This document shows, piece by piece, positions 60,601 through 64,000 of a stretch of DNA of 64,000 nucleotides. Position 1 is the stretch's first letter, and every line of letters begins with the position of its first letter. The stretch is from Amoebophrya sp. A120. Lineage: Eukaryota; Protista; Dinoflagellata. The notes under the pieces are model-generated. The model saw nothing but the letters and a program-made list of their open reading frames with translations, did no database searches and had not been told where the DNA came from. Position numbers and translations under genes: made by a program. The stretch lies in the NCBI GenBank assembly GCA_905178155.1, contig CAJINV010000017.1, forward strand, positions 1,658,269 through 1,722,268, read 5' to 3'.

Positions 60601-63600
60601 CAAAAGATTCGTAGTACTCCTACTCTGAGTTGTGCAATACATATACAACTTAGCTTAGCATGACACATGATATTTGTCATGCTGTTTTACCTTGGAAAGG
60701 ACATTTGTCAAGCATAGTTGCGATTAGGATTACTACGAGAAGTACGATATTATTGCAATGCATAAAAACTCCTCCGTCACATTCGGCTTTTGCGTTGCGG
60801 CGATCGCAAGGATCTCCTCGTCTGTGAGGATGCGAGATTTGACGCAGGTCTCCCTATTTCCGTCCACCGCGTTCAAGTCTAGTAAACTGCTGAAATCCGC
60901 GGAATTCTTCTCCACCGTCGCGCGCTGGACGATCGACGGCAGCTGCCTCTGCAAAGCAGCCTCGACCACTTTCTCGACTGAGTACGAAACCGAGTCGAGG
61001 TCTGTCGGGAGCGTAGTGGAGTTTTGCTCCGCCAAAGGTAGCATCTTGACCGTGGTCTGTTTTCTCGCGGTGACCCACTGCTCCTGCTTCCGGTAGTAGA
61101 TCGGCTCTTGGCCTCTATCCGGGTTCAGGGAGCTGCGGTCTATGATCTCTTCTGCGGTGAACAGAACTGTTTGTGAATATGTTCCAGATCCGGCGAAAAC
61201 CTCCCCACCATCGGGATTGTTGTTCATCGCACTTATCACGTTGTTTTTCGTTTCCCGGTTGTTGCAGTGTTCGGTGGTTTTGAACCAAAAGACATTTTCC
61301 ATCGGGTTCTGTACGAAACAACCGCAACTCTTGTCATTCAGGCACTTCTTTACCGCGTCTTCGAAATTCATGTTGAAGTACGCGTACTGTAAGTCGTACT
61401 CGAGATAGATCGGCTCGCAGACCGGGGTGTCATTGAAATTCGTCATATTATCGACTTCTAGTTGCGGGATGCAGTTGTTTTCCGTGTAGTTGCTGTCGTT
61501 TGATAGCAGTTGCATGGAGATGGACGTCGAAAATTGGCTGGAAATAACTCCTGAAGAACCAGCAGCAGAACCTCCACCTCCTCCGACGTGAATCTGTGTT
61601 GCCTGCGTCGCGCCGGAGATTGAGGAGGAATAGGCAGACGATCCGGTCGCTTGTGTCGTATTTTGTTGCGCACCACCAGAAATGGCATCCAAATCTCCGC
61701 CAGGGCCGACAACCTCCCCCACGAATCCGACCATCTTGAAGTGCGGAATCCGAATTTTCGCAAATTCGTCGATCACGTCCGGCCAACTTGTGAAGGTCGT
61801 GGTTCGGGTATGGAAGCGGTGAAATCAGGTAGAGTAAAGAGTAGCAGCGAATATCAATTTGCAATTTTTATGCAATGTCTTCTAATGCAGAAGCAAAAGC
61901 ATGGACATCATCACGGAAACATACAAAGATTGACGCGTTGATTTAGTGTGGTAACATTGCAACTTAACTCGTCTACTGCAACAGAGTGCAAACAGAAACA
62001 AGATTTCCCCCGACATAAGTTGTGGTCGTCGACGTCGTCGTGGTTGTCGTTGTGGTCGTCGACGTCAATGTAAATCCCTCCGGAAAAACCGCCAGCGCTA
62101 AAGACTCCCCGGTATCGGTCGTCTGCACCAAATCCATCACCTTCACATCCGCAAAACCGATCGCAAAGGCATCCGCACTCGCGGATAACACCGGGTCCGC
62201 GGCGATTGCTGTGGTTAACTCAGAGACGATTAACGAGCCAAACGTCTGGAGTTTCGAGTTGATTTCTGAACTTATCGCCTCAGCGATGTTCACCAGTGAG
62301 GAAACGGAGAAGGACTCGTCCTGCGCCTTCAAGAACGCGTCTTTGTCTCTCGTATACAGCGCGTCCGGCTCAGCAATGCTGTCGGACTGGCCGACGGAGT
62401 TGCGAGAAATGGTCATATCGTACTCGACACTGAGCATCACCTGGGACGTGGAGAGAAGACGCTTGTTCTCTGCGTCTGATTCTGCTGCTTGTTGATGAAA
62501 ACCTCCGCTTTGCAGCCTTCTTTTCTTCTTCTTCATTTTCTCCTCCTCATGCTCCCTTTTCTGCTTCGCCAAGTCCACCTGCGTCCTGACGACGTCGGAT
62601 ACAGCAGCAGCTTCAGATGAGCCCCCGGAATAGAAGTCCTCCCCGCCTGCAACTTCCGCTACTTGCTGCTTCGCCAACTTCCGCAACACCAGACTCGCTT
62701 CGTCGTCCGGGAATAGAGAATCTTCCCGCAGCGGCCGGGCTTCCTGCCGCGTCCGGATTTGCAGGTCCAAGTCATGGTCCGGCGTCGCCTGGTGGATTTC
62801 AAATTTTGAAGATAATTTTGACGGAGCTGATGCGAGGTGCTGTAACCCCCCCAAGTTAAAGCCAGGCTGTCCACCTCGTCCTCCTCCTTCCTGTAAAAGC
62901 GCCCTCGCCCGCAACGTGGCTAAAGACGTCACGACAATTGGCTTCGTCAAATTGAACTGGTTGCAATCTAGTCCCCCAGCCCCAGTCGCCTGCTGCGTGC
63001 TGTTCATGCTGTTCATCGCCTGACAGATCCCCAGCGCGATCGCCTTTTTGAACGCCTGACAGTCGGTAAAATTTGCTTCCAAGCTGTTCATCTTCTCCGT
63101 CGTGTCGCAATTGTCACTCACCCCCGCTTGCAGACTGACCGCACCGGAGAGGACGATGTCGGAGACCGTGCTCATACTGACGTTGATAAACCGCAAGTCC
63201 GCGTTTTTGTTCAGCAACGTCAACGCATCCTGCTCTTCCGCGATTTTGACAAACGGAGGGGATTGGACGACAATGGTTGAAACCGACAAGCCCCGGTTGC
63301 ACAGTTCGTAGATCCCGCGCGGGAACCGGTACTCAATCACCATAGAAGTCATCAAATCCGCGGTCAACCCCGCGTAGTACGTGTTGTTCACCTTCACAGG
63401 GCCGCCGTACTGCGCCAAGTCTTCCGTTTCCGTGTTGGCCAACGGTTTCGCGCCGTTCATCAATCGTATCGGGTACTTGCACGCTTTGCACTCGGTTTGT
63501 AATTCCGACAAGCACAGGTCGACGAGGGATTGTCCGACTTTCATGTTTTTCCCCAGTAGCTGTAGTTTTTCCAAATTCCCAGCGTAGGGAAAAAAAGGCG

Positions 63601-64000
63601 CTTTGCCGATGCTGTCCGCAACACCGAGAACGCCGTTGATCCAGAAGGTACCGATGTCGATCCAGTACGTCGTCATATCTTCCTTATCGGTTGTCCAACA
63701 GGCACGGTATTCCCTGGCGCGGGTTTTGGACCCCTGGAACAGGCGGTAGTCGACACCAGCAACGCCCGTCCTGACCTCATCACAGTCATCTTTCGGGGAG
63801 ATGATCACAATGTCCCCGCCGGAGGGGAGAACTTGCGCGTGGTGGGAGTCTGACTCGATCAGGGACTGTATCATGTCGGCAAAGGTGTAGGGCTGTTTAG
63901 TCTCCTCTCCTGTTGTTCCCTGATCTACTCCTTCCGATGGGGCACTTTCATGTGATGTCGTCGCCATAGTACTAGCACTTCCTTCTCCTCCACCAGCCGG
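48659..64000 (-). CDS. Giant (>4,500 aa) surface/secreted-type repeat protein with F-type lectin (FTP) and discoidin-like domains; 5'-partial
   Basis: ORFs 61973-63967 (open to window edge), 60733-61776 and 50864-60523, plus small 3' exons (50384, 50036, ~49680, 49005, 48659). Repeats C-x2-G-x2-C...G-x-Y-x-L/V-CW...G. Motifs AVDGNRETC...LEIQL...LHICEVELYG and YYEIDFGKPIELQGIVVQ. S/T-rich linkers and RRL basic sites. 3' exon model tentative. Confidence 0.75.
60334..60556 (-). mobile_element. TIR introner (sense AT...AA), flanks CAT/CGT
   Basis: TTATGAGAGTGCACAGCTC...GAGTTGTGCACTGGCATAT; gives NLTN-D-DTDEF in frame. Confidence 0.88.
60591..60765 (-). mobile_element. TIR introner (sense TT...AG), TSD AAA
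   Basis: CTATGAAATGCAA..TCGTA pairs with TACGA..TTGCAATGCATAA; frame restored. Confidence 0.8.
61808..62018 (-). mobile_element. TIR introner (sense TT...AC)
   Basis: GTATG..CGG.GAAATC pairs with GATTTCCCCCGACATAA; exact removal gives TTT-T-RTTTF in frame. Confidence 0.7.

Overview
Eukaryotic nuclear DNA with spliceosomal GT-AG introns plus many non-canonical introns. The architecture best fits a syndinian dinoflagellate such as Amoebophrya, where inverted-repeat 'introners' are known; this assignment is inference. Host genes: a La-motif/RRM/DUF3223 protein (5'-partial), a Cys-rich membrane protein, two hypothetical proteins, a tandem bacterial-type PH-domain (bPH) protein, and a giant (>4,500 aa, 5'-partial) surface-type protein with F-type lectin/discoidin-like domains. 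Main signal: at least 26 insertions of 112-376 bp interrupt coding exons and share one grammar, [3-bp TSD]-N-TAT...(terminal inverted repeat)...ATA-N-[3-bp TSD]. Removing each one restores the reading frame. Their ends are NT...AN (only 3 of 26 are GT-AG), and most carry an internal GCATGACA/TGTCATGC motif. An ~11 kb TIR-bounded DNA transposon (19398-30380) encodes a DDE transposase with hAT-like motifs and a second unknown gene, both invaded by these introns. Two arrays of ~41-bp direct repeats separated by unique ~0.7-1.3 kb segments (6973-10960 and 45176-47506) are unexplained. All splice junctions were inferred by eye and need RNA-seq.
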